Origin: an uncultured bacterium
GTDB taxonomy: Bacteria > Gemmatimonadota > Gemmatimonadetes > Gemmatimonadales > Gemmatimonadaceae
Length of the DNA: 30,071 nt
Reading direction: 5' to 3'
Assembly: GCA_963978095.1 (NCBI GenBank)
Contig: CAXBQP010000036.1
Span: 1 to 30,071, forward strand
Shown here: in pieces, positions 9,559-17,421 of the stretch
Layout: the number at the start of each line of letters is the position of its first letter
Position numbering within the stretch: the stretch's first letter is position 1
Notes under the pieces: model-generated
Seen by the model: the letters and a program-made list of their open reading frames with translations, nothing else
Databases searched by the model: none
What the model was told of the DNA's origin: nothing
Made by a program: the position numbers and the translations under genes

Positions 9559-11094
9559 ATGCCTCGCGCCCTGCTCTCCGTCTCCGATAAATCCGGCCTC
9601 GCCAGTTTCGCCGCTGGTCTCCACGCGCTGGGATGGGATCTGCTCTCCACGGGAGGAACCGCCAAAGCCCTGCGCGATGCCGGTCTCCCCGTGCGCGATG
9701 TCAGCGATGTCACCGCGTTCCCCGAGATGCTCGACGGCCGCGTCAAGACGCTGCACCCCGCGGTGCACGGCGGATTGCTCGCACGCCGCGACCTGCCGGA
9801 GCATATGTCCGCGATCGCCGAGCACGGGATCGCACCGATCGACCTCGTGTGCGTGAATCTGTATCCGTTCAAGGCCACGACGCGCAAACCGCAGGTGTCT
9901 CCGGAAGACGTGATCGAGCAGATCGACATCGGCGGCCCGTCCATGATCCGCTCCGCGGCCAAGAACTTCGCGTCGGTCACCTGCGTGGTGGACCCCGCCG
10001 ATTATCCGGACGTGCTCGCGGCGTTGCGCGACGGACGCGACGATCTCGACCAGCGTCGCCTGCTCGCGGCCAAGGTATTCGAGCACACCGCCGCCTACGA
10101 CGCCGCCATCGCGGCATGGTTCGCGGCACAACGGGGCGACCAGTTCCCGTCGCGCGTCTCCGTGGCGCTCGAGCGCCAGCAGTCACTGCGCTACGGCGAG
10201 AACCCGGGGCAGCAGGCGGCGTTCTACGTGGAGGAACGCGGTGCCGGTCTCTCCGGGCTTGTCCAGCACGGCGGCAAGGAGCTCTCGTTCAACAACTTTC
10301 TCGATCTCGAAGGGGCCCTGCTCGCGGCCGACCCCTACGCCGGCGAAATCTGCTGCGCGATCGTGAAGCACACGACGCCGTGCGGACTCGCCGTGGGCAC
10401 CTCGGCGCTCGAGGCCTATCAGAAGGCCCTCGCCTGCGATCCCGTGAGCGCATTCGGATCGGTGATCGCCTTCACGGTCGAAGTCGATGCCCCCGCCGCC
10501 GCGGCCGTGGCGTCGCTCTTTGTGGAGTGCGTGGTGGCGCCGGCCTTCACCCCCGAAGCCCTGCAGCTGCTCGGCGAAAAGAAGAACCTCCGCGTCCTCG
10601 TGGGGAGCGCACCGGCGAAGGCCGGGGCGATGGAGCTCAAGACCGTCCGCGGCGGCTTTCTGATGCAGGAGCGCGCCACCCCGGTGCTCGACGACGACAG
10701 CAGTTGGACCGTCGTGTCCGAGCGTCAGCCCACGGCCGCCGAGCGCGCGGACCTGCTGTTCGCGTGGCGCGCGGTGGCGAGCGTGAAAAGCAATGCCATC
10801 GTCCTCGCCCGCAACGGCGCGACGATCGGGATCGGAGCCGGCCAGATGTCACGGGTCGACGCCGCCTTTCTGGCGGTGCACAAAGCCCACGGCGCCGGGC
10901 ACTCGACCGAGGGCTCGGCGTTGGGCTCCGACGCGTTCTTCCCGTTCCGCGATGGCGTCGACCAAGCCGCCGCCGCCGGGGTGCGCGCCATCGTGCAGCC
11001 CGGCGGCTCGGTGCGGGACGCGGAGGTCATCGCCGCCGCCAATGCGCATGGGATCGCCATGATCTTCACCGGCCGGCGGACCTTCCGCCACTAG
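9559..11094 (+). CDS. purH: Bifunctional AICAR transformylase / IMP cyclohydrolase
   Basis: RALLSVSDK, STGGT, GRVKTLHP, IDIGGPSM, LRYGENPGQ, VKSNAI, GAGQMSRVD, SDAFFPF and RTFRH. Confidence 0.98.
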   Translation: MPRALLSVSDKSGLASFAAGLHALGWDLLSTGGTAKALRDAGLPVRDVSDVTAFPEMLDGRVKTLHPAVHGGLLARRDLPEHMSAIAEHGIAPIDLVCVNLYPFKATTRKPQVSPEDVIEQIDIGGPSMIRSAAKNFASVTCVVDPADYPDVLAALRDGRDDLDQRRLLAAKVFEHTAAYDAAIAAWFAAQRGDQFPSRVSVALERQQSLRYGENPGQQAAFYVEERGAGLSGLVQHGGKELSFNNFLDLEGALLAADPYAGEICCAIVKHTTPCGLAVGTSALEAYQKALACDPVSAFGSVIAFTVEVDAPAAAAVASLFVECVVAPAFTPEALQLLGEKKNLRVLVGSAPAKAGAMELKTVRGGFLMQERATPVLDDDSSWTVVSERQPTAAERADLLFAWRAVASVKSNAIVLARNGATIGIGAGQMSRVDAAFLAVHKAHGAGHSTEGSALGSDAFFPFRDGVDQAAAAGVRAIVQPGGSVRDAEVIAAANAHGIAMIFTGRRTFRH

Positions 11095-11206
11095 GTGCTG
11101 GTATCGGAAGGGGGGGCAGCCCCCTCGCCCCCGCTTCCCCTCGCTACCCCGGGGAGGCGACATTTCACGGTTGTTCCGGAAGCTTTACCAAACACAGCCA
11201 GGTCCC

Positions 11207-13516
11207 ATGGCGTCTTCGACCGCCTCGCACGATCTCGACTATCGTCCGTCCTACCTCGCCGCCGGCATCGCCGCGGCGCTGGTGTTCGGCCTCTATGTAC
11301 TCACCCTCTCGCCCGACACGGCGATGTGGGACACCTCCGAGTACATCACCGCCGCCTACACGTTGGGCATCCCGCACCCGCCGGGTAACCCCTTCTTCGT
11401 GTTGATGGGACGCGTCTTCGCGCTGCTCCCGATTGCGCCGAACGTCGCCATGCGCATCAACGTGATGGCCGCCCTCTCGAGCGCGGTGAGCGCCGGCATG
11501 TGGTTCCTGGTCACGGAACGCGTCTTGGTGGGCTGGTTCTCCGAGCGCTGGCAGCGCATTGTGGGGGGCGCGCTCGCCGTGTTGATCGGCGCCACGGCCT
11601 TCACGGTCTGGTCGCAGTCGGTCGTGAACGAGAAGGTGTATACGATCTCGCTCGCTGGGCTCGCCGTCGCCGCGTGGCTCACCGTCCGGTGGTGCGACGA
11701 GCCCGATGGTGCGTCCGCCGACAAGACGCTGGTGCTGATCGCCTACACGATCGGCCTGGGCTACGCCGTTCACATGGCTGGCATGTTGGTGGCGCCCGCC
11801 GTCGGACTCGCGGTGCTGATCCGTCGCCCCAAGACCATCCTCCGCTGGAAGCTGCTGCTGGCGTGCGCGGCCGCGGTGTTGATCGGCGGATCGTCATTTG
11901 CCACGCAGCCCATCCGGGCGGCGCTCTTCCCGGCGATCAACGAGGGCGAGCCCACGGCCTGCCGCGATGGCCTCAAGGTGGCGTGCACGTTCTCGTCAGG
12001 CACCAAGGAAGCGTTCATGTACAACTTCAACCGCGGCCAGTACGGCAAGCCGGAGTTGAGTGAACGGCAGGCCCCGCTCTCGGCGCAGATCGGGATGTGG
12101 TGGCTGTACTTCAAGTGGCAGTGGGTGCGTGACGCGCACGGCGAGCGCCCGGGGCTGCAAAGCGCGCTGGCCGCGGTGTTCCTGGTGCTCGGCCTGCTCG
12201 GAGGGTTCGTCCACTGGAAGCGGGATCCCCGGAGCTTCGCATTCTTCGGACCGCTGATGTTCACGCTCACGCTGTTGCTGATCTACTACCTGAACTTCAA
12301 GTACGGCGCGAGTCAGGACCCCGAGCTCGGGGACACGGTGAATCGCGAGGTGCGTGACCGCGATTACTTCTACCTGTGGAGTTTCTCGGCGTGGAGCGTG
12401 TGGGCCGCGCTCGGGCTCGTGTACGTGTGGGAATCCATCGCCGCCGTGATCGGCCGCGAGGAGGTCGTGCTCGGCAAGGAGCGGATCGAACTGCCGACGC
12501 GCAACGCCTGGATCGCGGCGAGCCCCGTGTTGTTGCTCGCCGTCGTGCCGTTGTTCGGCAACTGGGACGCGTCGTCGCGCCGCGGGCAGACCGACACCGG
12601 CGACTTCGCGATCGACATGCTCAACTCCGTGGAGCCGTATGGCATCCTCGTGACGGTCGGCGACAACGACACCTTCCCGCTCTGGTATGCGCAGGAAGTC
12701 CTCGGTGTCCGCAAGGATGTGCTCGTGGCGAACACCTCGCTCCTCAACACCGATTGGTACACGCGGCAGATGATCCGGCGCCCGGTCTTCGACTACGACG
12801 AGGCCAAGGGGCCCGCGGCGTACAAGGGTCGCGTGTGGAAGAAGCCCACCAAGCCGGTGCTGGCGATGACCATGAATGAAGCCGATGCCGTGCCGCTCGG
12901 GACCGAGCTGCGTGAGCCGCAGCTGTTCGTCAAGGACAAGATCCGCGCGGTGGTGGCTCCGCGTTTCCTGCAGCGCGCGGACATGTTCGTGTTGCGCATG
13001 ATCCAGGATTCGGATCGTCCGATGTACTTCAGCCGTACCTCAGGCGGCTACGGCACGGAACTCGGGTTCTCGCCGTATTTGCTGACGCAGGGCATGGCAC
13101 GCAAACTGATGCAGGACTCGGTGAGAGCCGCCAAGGACACCGTCCGTGTGCCGGGTGAAGGGTTCGTGGATGTGACCACGACCGCCTCACTCTGGAAGGA
13201 GTTCAAGGCGCCGGAGGCACTCATCCGCAAGGGCGACTGGGTCGATCGCCCGTCGGTCGGCATCCCGTATCTGTACGTGTCCACCGGCGTGGTGCTGGGC
13301 GAAGCGCTCAGCGCGCAGGGCGATGCGCAGGGCTCGGCGGAGGCCATGAAACGGGCCCGACTCGTGGCGCGCGCGACGAAGCTCGAGGACCTCTTCGGGG
13401 CGGAGCAACCCACCGCACCAGCCCCCGTTCCGTTCGGGGATACGGCGCTGCGACCGTCATCGCCGGCGAAAGCCCCCGCGAAGGCGCCGGCGAAGGCGCC
13501 GGCTACGAAGCCGTAG
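11207..13516 (+). CDS. DUF2723 / TMEM260-like polytopic membrane glycosyltransferase (GT-C type)
   Basis: WDTSEY..LGIPHPPGNPFF after the first TM helix, many hydrophobic helices, RDRDYFY and GDNDTFPLWY motifs, and a soluble C-terminal domain. Confidence 0.85.
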   Translation: MASSTASHDLDYRPSYLAAGIAAALVFGLYVLTLSPDTAMWDTSEYITAAYTLGIPHPPGNPFFVLMGRVFALLPIAPNVAMRINVMAALSSAVSAGMWFLVTERVLVGWFSERWQRIVGGALAVLIGATAFTVWSQSVVNEKVYTISLAGLAVAAWLTVRWCDEPDGASADKTLVLIAYTIGLGYAVHMAGMLVAPAVGLAVLIRRPKTILRWKLLLACAAAVLIGGSSFATQPIRAALFPAINEGEPTACRDGLKVACTFSSGTKEAFMYNFNRGQYGKPELSERQAPLSAQIGMWWLYFKWQWVRDAHGERPGLQSALAAVFLVLGLLGGFVHWKRDPRSFAFFGPLMFTLTLLLIYYLNFKYGASQDPELGDTVNREVRDRDYFYLWSFSAWSVWAALGLVYVWESIAAVIGREEVVLGKERIELPTRNAWIAASPVLLLAVVPLFGNWDASSRRGQTDTGDFAIDMLNSVEPYGILVTVGDNDTFPLWYAQEVLGVRKDVLVANTSLLNTDWYTRQMIRRPVFDYDEAKGPAAYKGRVWKKPTKPVLAMTMNEADAVPLGTELREPQLFVKDKIRAVVAPRFLQRADMFVLRMIQDSDRPMYFSRTSGGYGTELGFSPYLLTQGMARKLMQDSVRAAKDTVRVPGEGFVDVTTTASLWKEFKAPEALIRKGDWVDRPSVGIPYLYVSTGVVLGEALSAQGDAQGSAEAMKRARLVARATKLEDLFGAEQPTAPAPVPFGDTALRPSSPAKAPAKAPAKAPATKP
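13463..13504 (+). repeat. Degenerate 12-bp tandem repeat encoding (PAKA)3-PA at the C-terminus of the DUF2723 protein
   Basis: ccggcgaaagcc cccgcgaaggcg ccggcgaaggcg ccggct. Confidence 0.8.
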
Positions 13517-13856
13517 CGAGCGCGCTCATCCAGTCGCGCGCGACGCGATACGCGTCTTGCACGTCGAGCACGCCGTCGGCCACTGCCGCGGCGTGCTCGG
13601 CTCTTCCGGCCTCCTCCAGCCGTTGACAGGCGTCGCCGAGGGCGAGCGCGCCGAGTTGGCGGGCACTGGCCTTGAGGGCGTGCGCGCCCGAGGCCGCCTC
13701 GCGGAGTCGGCCGGCCGCAGCCTCGGCGGCGATCTGCGGAATCCGTTCATCCGCGAACTGCACGAAGGTCTGAAGCATCATCGCCAGCATCGCGTCGCCG
13801 CCGACACTGCGGAGCATGTCGAGGGCCGGCGTGGCGTTGTCCGGGATCTGCGCCAT
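13503..13856 (-). CDS. Stand-alone Hpt (histidine phosphotransfer) domain protein
   Basis: All-helical 117 aa with AHALKASARQLGA..L...C..LE (Hpt HxLKxS motif). ATG 13856 chosen, with GGAG further upstream. Confidence 0.88.
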   Translation of the reverse strand: MAQIPDNATPALDMLRSVGGDAMLAMMLQTFVQFADERIPQIAAEAAAGRLREAASGAHALKASARQLGALALGDACQRLEEAGRAEHAAAVADGVLDVQDAYRVARDWMSALATAS

Positions 13857-14025
13857 GAGAACGGATTCGAGCGGCAGCGGGTGCGGTGATGGAGCTCCGC
13901 GTGATGCGCTCGCGCTCACGCGTTGGTCCCTGTGACGGAAGCATACCCACGACCGATGGCTTTGCGCCACACCGCCGCTGCGAGGTTGCGTCCGAGCGCT
14001 TCTCCGGCGACATTACGGGTCCTTG

Positions 14026-14111
14026 GGAGGGCTGCGCCGAATTGGTAAGGCAGCGGTCTTGAAAACCGCCGCGGTGAAAGCCGCTTACAGGTTCGAGTCC
14101 TGTGCCCTCCG
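14026..14111 (+). tRNA. tRNA-Ser (anticodon TGA)
   Basis: Acceptor GGAGGGC/GCCCTCC, discriminator G, anticodon arm GCGGT-CTTGAAA-ACCGC, long variable arm GCGGT-GAAA-GCCGC, T arm ACAGG-TTCGAGT-CCTGT. CCA not encoded. Confidence 0.95.
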
Positions 14112-14174
14112 CTCCGCCGCCGGTTCATCGACGGCGGCGCGTTCGAGGCACGAGCGGATGTTCGCAGGTGTTGG

Positions 14175-14265
14175 GGAGCGATGGCCGAGAGGCTGAAGGC
14201 ACCGGTTTGCTAAACCGACATACGGGTTTACGCCTGTATCGAGGGTTCGAATCCCTCTCGCTCCG
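14175..14265 (+). tRNA. tRNA-Ser (anticodon GCT)
   Basis: Acceptor GGAGCGA/TCGCTCC, discriminator G, anticodon loop TTGCTAA, variable arm ATACGGG/CCTGTAT, T arm GAGGG-TTCGAAT-CCCTC. CCA not encoded. Confidence 0.96.
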
Positions 14266-14266
14266 T

Positions 14267-14302
14267 GGCGCGGGTCCGCCGGATCTCGGTTGGACCCGCG
14301 TC
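14267..14302 (+). other. Stem-loop immediately 3' of tRNA-Ser(GCT) (processing or termination signal, no U-tract)
   Basis: GGCGCGGGTCC (14267-14277) pairs with GGACCCGCGTC (14292-14302). Confidence 0.55.
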
Positions 14303-14386
14303 GTGCATTGCGGCTGAGGATAAACACCCGTTTCCCGGTCACGGTGACCGGCACGGCTTTCCCGTTCCACCGATCTCGCATCTGCC

Positions 14387-15871
14387 ATGAGTGCTTCACA
14401 CAGCGCCGATTCTCGCGTATCCGTTCGCGTTCGATTCGCCCCGTCGCCGACCGGGTATCTCCATGTCGGGGGGGCGCGTACGGCGCTCTTCAACTGGCTC
14501 TTCGCGCGGAAGATGGGCGGCGAGTTCCTCCTCCGCATCGAGGACACCGACAAGGCGCGCAGCACCGACGAGAGCACCGCGGCGATTTTCGAAGGGCTCA
14601 CCTGGCTCGGGTTGCAATGGGATGAGGAGGTCGTGTACCAGGGGGCGAATCTCGAGCGCCATCAGCGCGACGCCAACGCGATGCTCGCGGCCGGACTCGC
14701 GTATCGCTGTTTCTGCACGCCCGCCGAACTCGACGAGCGCCGCAAAGCCGCCGAACTCGCCAAGACCGCCTTCAAGTACGACCGCCGGTGCGATCGCCTG
14801 GACAACGACGAAGTGGCCCGCCGCGTGGCCGCTGGTGCCCCCTCCGTGGTCCGCTTTCGCGTCCCCGACGGCGCGACCGCGTGGCATGATCTCGTACACG
14901 AGACCATCAGCTTCCCGAACAAGGACATCGAGGACTTCGTCATCCTCCGCTCCGACGGCACGCCGATCTACAACATGGCGGTCGTCTCGGACGACATCGC
15001 CATGCGCATCACGCACGTGATGCGCGGCGACGATCACATCTCGAACACGCCGAAACAGATCCTGCTCTACCAGGCGTTGGGGGCAGCGCTCCCGGTGTTC
15101 GCGCACTTTCCCATGATCCACGGCCTCGATGGCAAGAAGCTGTCCAAGCGCCACGGCGCGACCGCGGTCGGCGACTACCAGCACTTGGGGATCCTGCCGG
15201 AGGCGATGAACAACTTCCTCGCCCTGATGGGGTGGAGCCCGGGCGGCGATCTCGAGGTGATGACGCGTGAGGAGATGATCGCGCGGTTCTCCACCGATCA
15301 TCTGCTGCGCAAGGCGAGCGTCTTCGACACCAAGAAACTCGAGTGGATGAACGGACAGCATCTCTCGCGACTGACGGGTCACGCGCTCGTGGCCGCGATG
15401 ACACCGTCGTTCGTCGCCGCCGGACTCTTCCCCGATGCGGCCGCGGCGGATGCCGCAGGCGACTGGTTCGCCACCGTGCTCGAGGATTGCAAGGAACGCG
15501 CCCGCACCACCGACCAACTCGTGGAGCTCGCACGCCCGTTCTTCCCGGGCCAGCCCCTGGTGATCGACCCGGCGGCCGCGGCGAAGCATTGGGCGGAGCC
15601 GGCCACGGCCATCGCATGGCTGACGGCGGTGCGGGCCCATCTCGCGGCGCTGACGGTGTGGACGGACGCCGGCATCGAGGCCGACCTCAAGGCCCTCGCC
15701 GCCGAACTCGGCGTCGGGGTCTCCCCGCTCTTCCAAACAACGCGCGTCGCGGTCACCGGGCGAGGTGTCGGCATCAGCATCACCAAGACCATCTTCCGCT
15801 TGGGGCGTGAGCTCGCGCTCGCGAACATCGATCGCGCCCTCGCGACCCTCGCCGGTACGTCCGCCGCGTGA
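14387..15871 (+). CDS. gltX: Glutamate--tRNA ligase
   Basis: VRVRFAPSPTGYLHVGG, LRIEDTD, YRCFC, ITHVMRGDDH, KKLSKR and a helical anticodon-binding domain. Confidence 0.97.
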   Translation: MSASHSADSRVSVRVRFAPSPTGYLHVGGARTALFNWLFARKMGGEFLLRIEDTDKARSTDESTAAIFEGLTWLGLQWDEEVVYQGANLERHQRDANAMLAAGLAYRCFCTPAELDERRKAAELAKTAFKYDRRCDRLDNDEVARRVAAGAPSVVRFRVPDGATAWHDLVHETISFPNKDIEDFVILRSDGTPIYNMAVVSDDIAMRITHVMRGDDHISNTPKQILLYQALGAALPVFAHFPMIHGLDGKKLSKRHGATAVGDYQHLGILPEAMNNFLALMGWSPGGDLEVMTREEMIARFSTDHLLRKASVFDTKKLEWMNGQHLSRLTGHALVAAMTPSFVAAGLFPDAAAADAAGDWFATVLEDCKERARTTDQLVELARPFFPGQPLVIDPAAAAKHWAEPATAIAWLTAVRAHLAALTVWTDAGIEADLKALAAELGVGVSPLFQTTRVAVTGRGVGISITKTIFRLGRELALANIDRALATLAGTSAA

Positions 15872-16503
15872 CCCGTACGCCGCTTACGCCGATCGAGGAG
15901 CAGGTCTACCACTTCCTCCTCGACTTCCTGGCCGAACGCACCTTCCAGCCCAGTGTGCGCGAGATCGCCGAACGATTCTCGATCGCGAGCACCAAGTCGG
16001 TGGCCGATCTGCTCGCATCGCTCGAGCGGAAAGGCTACATCGAGCGCGAGGCGGGGCGTTCCCGTGGCGTAACCTTGTTGGGGTTCGCCGGTGGCGCCGG
16101 CACGGTACCGGTGCCGGTCATGCGCCCCGACGGCGCGCGGCGCGCCATGCTCGACGACGGATTCCTGACGATCGCGCGCACCCTGATCCATGCCAGCGAT
16201 GCCTTTCTGACGCACGCTTTCCCCGACGGGGCCGAGGAGGTCGGGGTCCTCGAGGGGGACCTGCTGATCGTGCATCCGTCGGAACGGGCGCGCGACGGCG
16301 ACGCCCTCGTGGTGCGCGTCGGCGGGGCGATTCTCGTCCGGCGGATGCAGCGGATCGGCAGCAACATCCGGTTGCTGCCGTCCGGGGAGCGCGAGTCGCT
16401 CGAGCTGGGCCCGATGGATGACTACGCCGTCCTTGGGGTGCTCGGAGGGGTCATCCGCAGCGCATCGCGCAACGCACCGAGCGGTGAGTCGCGCGACGCG
16501 TAG
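15868..16503 (+). CDS. lexA: LexA-family repressor with degenerate S24 peptidase domain
   Basis: Winged HTH LTP.EE.V..FL..PSVREIA..F.I.S..SV...L..LERKGYI.R..GRSRG. The C-terminal S24-like scaffold (GVLEGDLLIV..ARDGD..V) lacks the Ala-Gly site, Ser and Lys. GTG overlaps the gltX stop. Confidence 0.8.
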   Translation: MTRTPLTPIEEQVYHFLLDFLAERTFQPSVREIAERFSIASTKSVADLLASLERKGYIEREAGRSRGVTLLGFAGGAGTVPVPVMRPDGARRAMLDDGFLTIARTLIHASDAFLTHAFPDGAEEVGVLEGDLLIVHPSERARDGDALVVRVGGAILVRRMQRIGSNIRLLPSGERESLELGPMDDYAVLGVLGGVIRSASRNAPSGESRDA

Positions 16504-16514
16504 CGCCGCGCAGC

Positions 16515-17405
16515 TCAGGGCGTGCCGGGCACCTTGGTGTCGCCCGCGTCCTTCTTGGCGGCGGCCCGTTCCTTGTCCTTGCGCTCACGCAGCGCTTTGA
16601 CCGCCGCGCGGAAGTCATCATCGCGGGCGCCGCGTGCCGCCTGGTCCAGGATCTCGCTGCGAATCTGTCCGAGCGTCTTGGCGCGTTCCGCCTGGCCGGG
16701 ATTCGCCGTCTGATTCAGCGGCAACAGCGCGAGCGCTGCGGTGGGCAACTGGAACTTCCCGAGACGGATGTATTTGCCGTCGATGCCGTACTTCTTGCCA
16801 TCGCGCTCGACGGTCCAGTCACCGGGCTCGCGCTCCTTGGGGATTTGCGCGAGCGAATCGTTGAGCGCGCCCAGTCGCGAGGCCAGCGTGCTGTCGAGCT
16901 TGCGGGTTCCCGTCAGTGGCATCTGGACCACCGTCGCACCCGGCGCCCAGACGCGCGGATCGGTGAACTGGGGACGGATGCCGCGCGCAGGCCCGCCAGT
17001 GCCGACGATCGGCCCGCTCCCCTGCTCCTCATCGCCAGGCCGGAAGGGTCGAGGCAGGTCCGGCAGCCCTTTGGGTACGATCGTCGGCGCGACAAGCGGT
17101 GGGAGCGACGGCGTCGGGTTGTTGGTCCGCACGATCGGGCGACCATTGCCGCCCGCACGGGCGGGGGCGGTCTCCTTGGGATCGCCTTTCGGCATGGCGA
17201 TGAACCCGATCCGTTCGACCACGGGCGGATTGTTTCCCGCGTTCATGAGTCGTGCCCAGTCGACAGGAAACACCACGAGTCGCACCAGCAGGGTGATCCC
17301 GAGCACGTGCGCCAGCACCGACACCAACACGGCACCGGGGCCGCGTCGCGACGGATCGCGATGCGTCCCCGGCGTGCTGATGAGCTGCCGGCGCGGCGGG
17401 GTCAT
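16515..17405 (-). CDS. Hypothetical membrane-anchored protein with Pro-rich linker
   Basis: Single N-terminal TM (AVLVSVLAHVLGITLLV), Pro/Gly-rich middle, globular C-terminus (DWTVERDGKKYGID..). ATG 17405 lies 16 nt after the upstream stop. Confidence 0.75.
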   Translation of the reverse strand: MTPPRRQLISTPGTHRDPSRRGPGAVLVSVLAHVLGITLLVRLVVFPVDWARLMNAGNNPPVVERIGFIAMPKGDPKETAPARAGGNGRPIVRTNNPTPSLPPLVAPTIVPKGLPDLPRPFRPGDEEQGSGPIVGTGGPARGIRPQFTDPRVWAPGATVVQMPLTGTRKLDSTLASRLGALNDSLAQIPKEREPGDWTVERDGKKYGIDGKYIRLGKFQLPTAALALLPLNQTANPGQAERAKTLGQIRSEILDQAARGARDDDFRAAVKALRERKDKERAAAKKDAGDTKVPGTP

Positions 17406-17421
17406 CAGGGGCGGATCGCCA

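Noticed and set aside
11106..11160. Terminator between purH and the DUF2723 gene
   Set aside because: G/C-run hairpins can be drawn (GGAAG-GGGGGC..GCCCCC-G-CTTCC), but there is no U-tract and such pairing arises easily by chance.
14026..14111. tRNA-Sec (selC), given selA nearby and TGA in the anticodon loop
   Set aside because: Anticodon TGA reads Ser UCA codons. tRNA-Sec needs anticodon TCA, an 8-bp acceptor stem and a long D stem, none of which is present.
14026..14386. Integrated element at the tRNA-Ser genes
   Set aside because: No integrase, no duplicated tRNA 3' end seen, and core genes on both sides.
15730..15850. Altered tRNA specificity of GltX suggested by an atypical-looking anticodon-domain segment (TGRGVGISITK)
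   Set aside because: Discriminating versus non-discriminating status cannot be judged without an alignment and the genome's glnS/gatCAB content.
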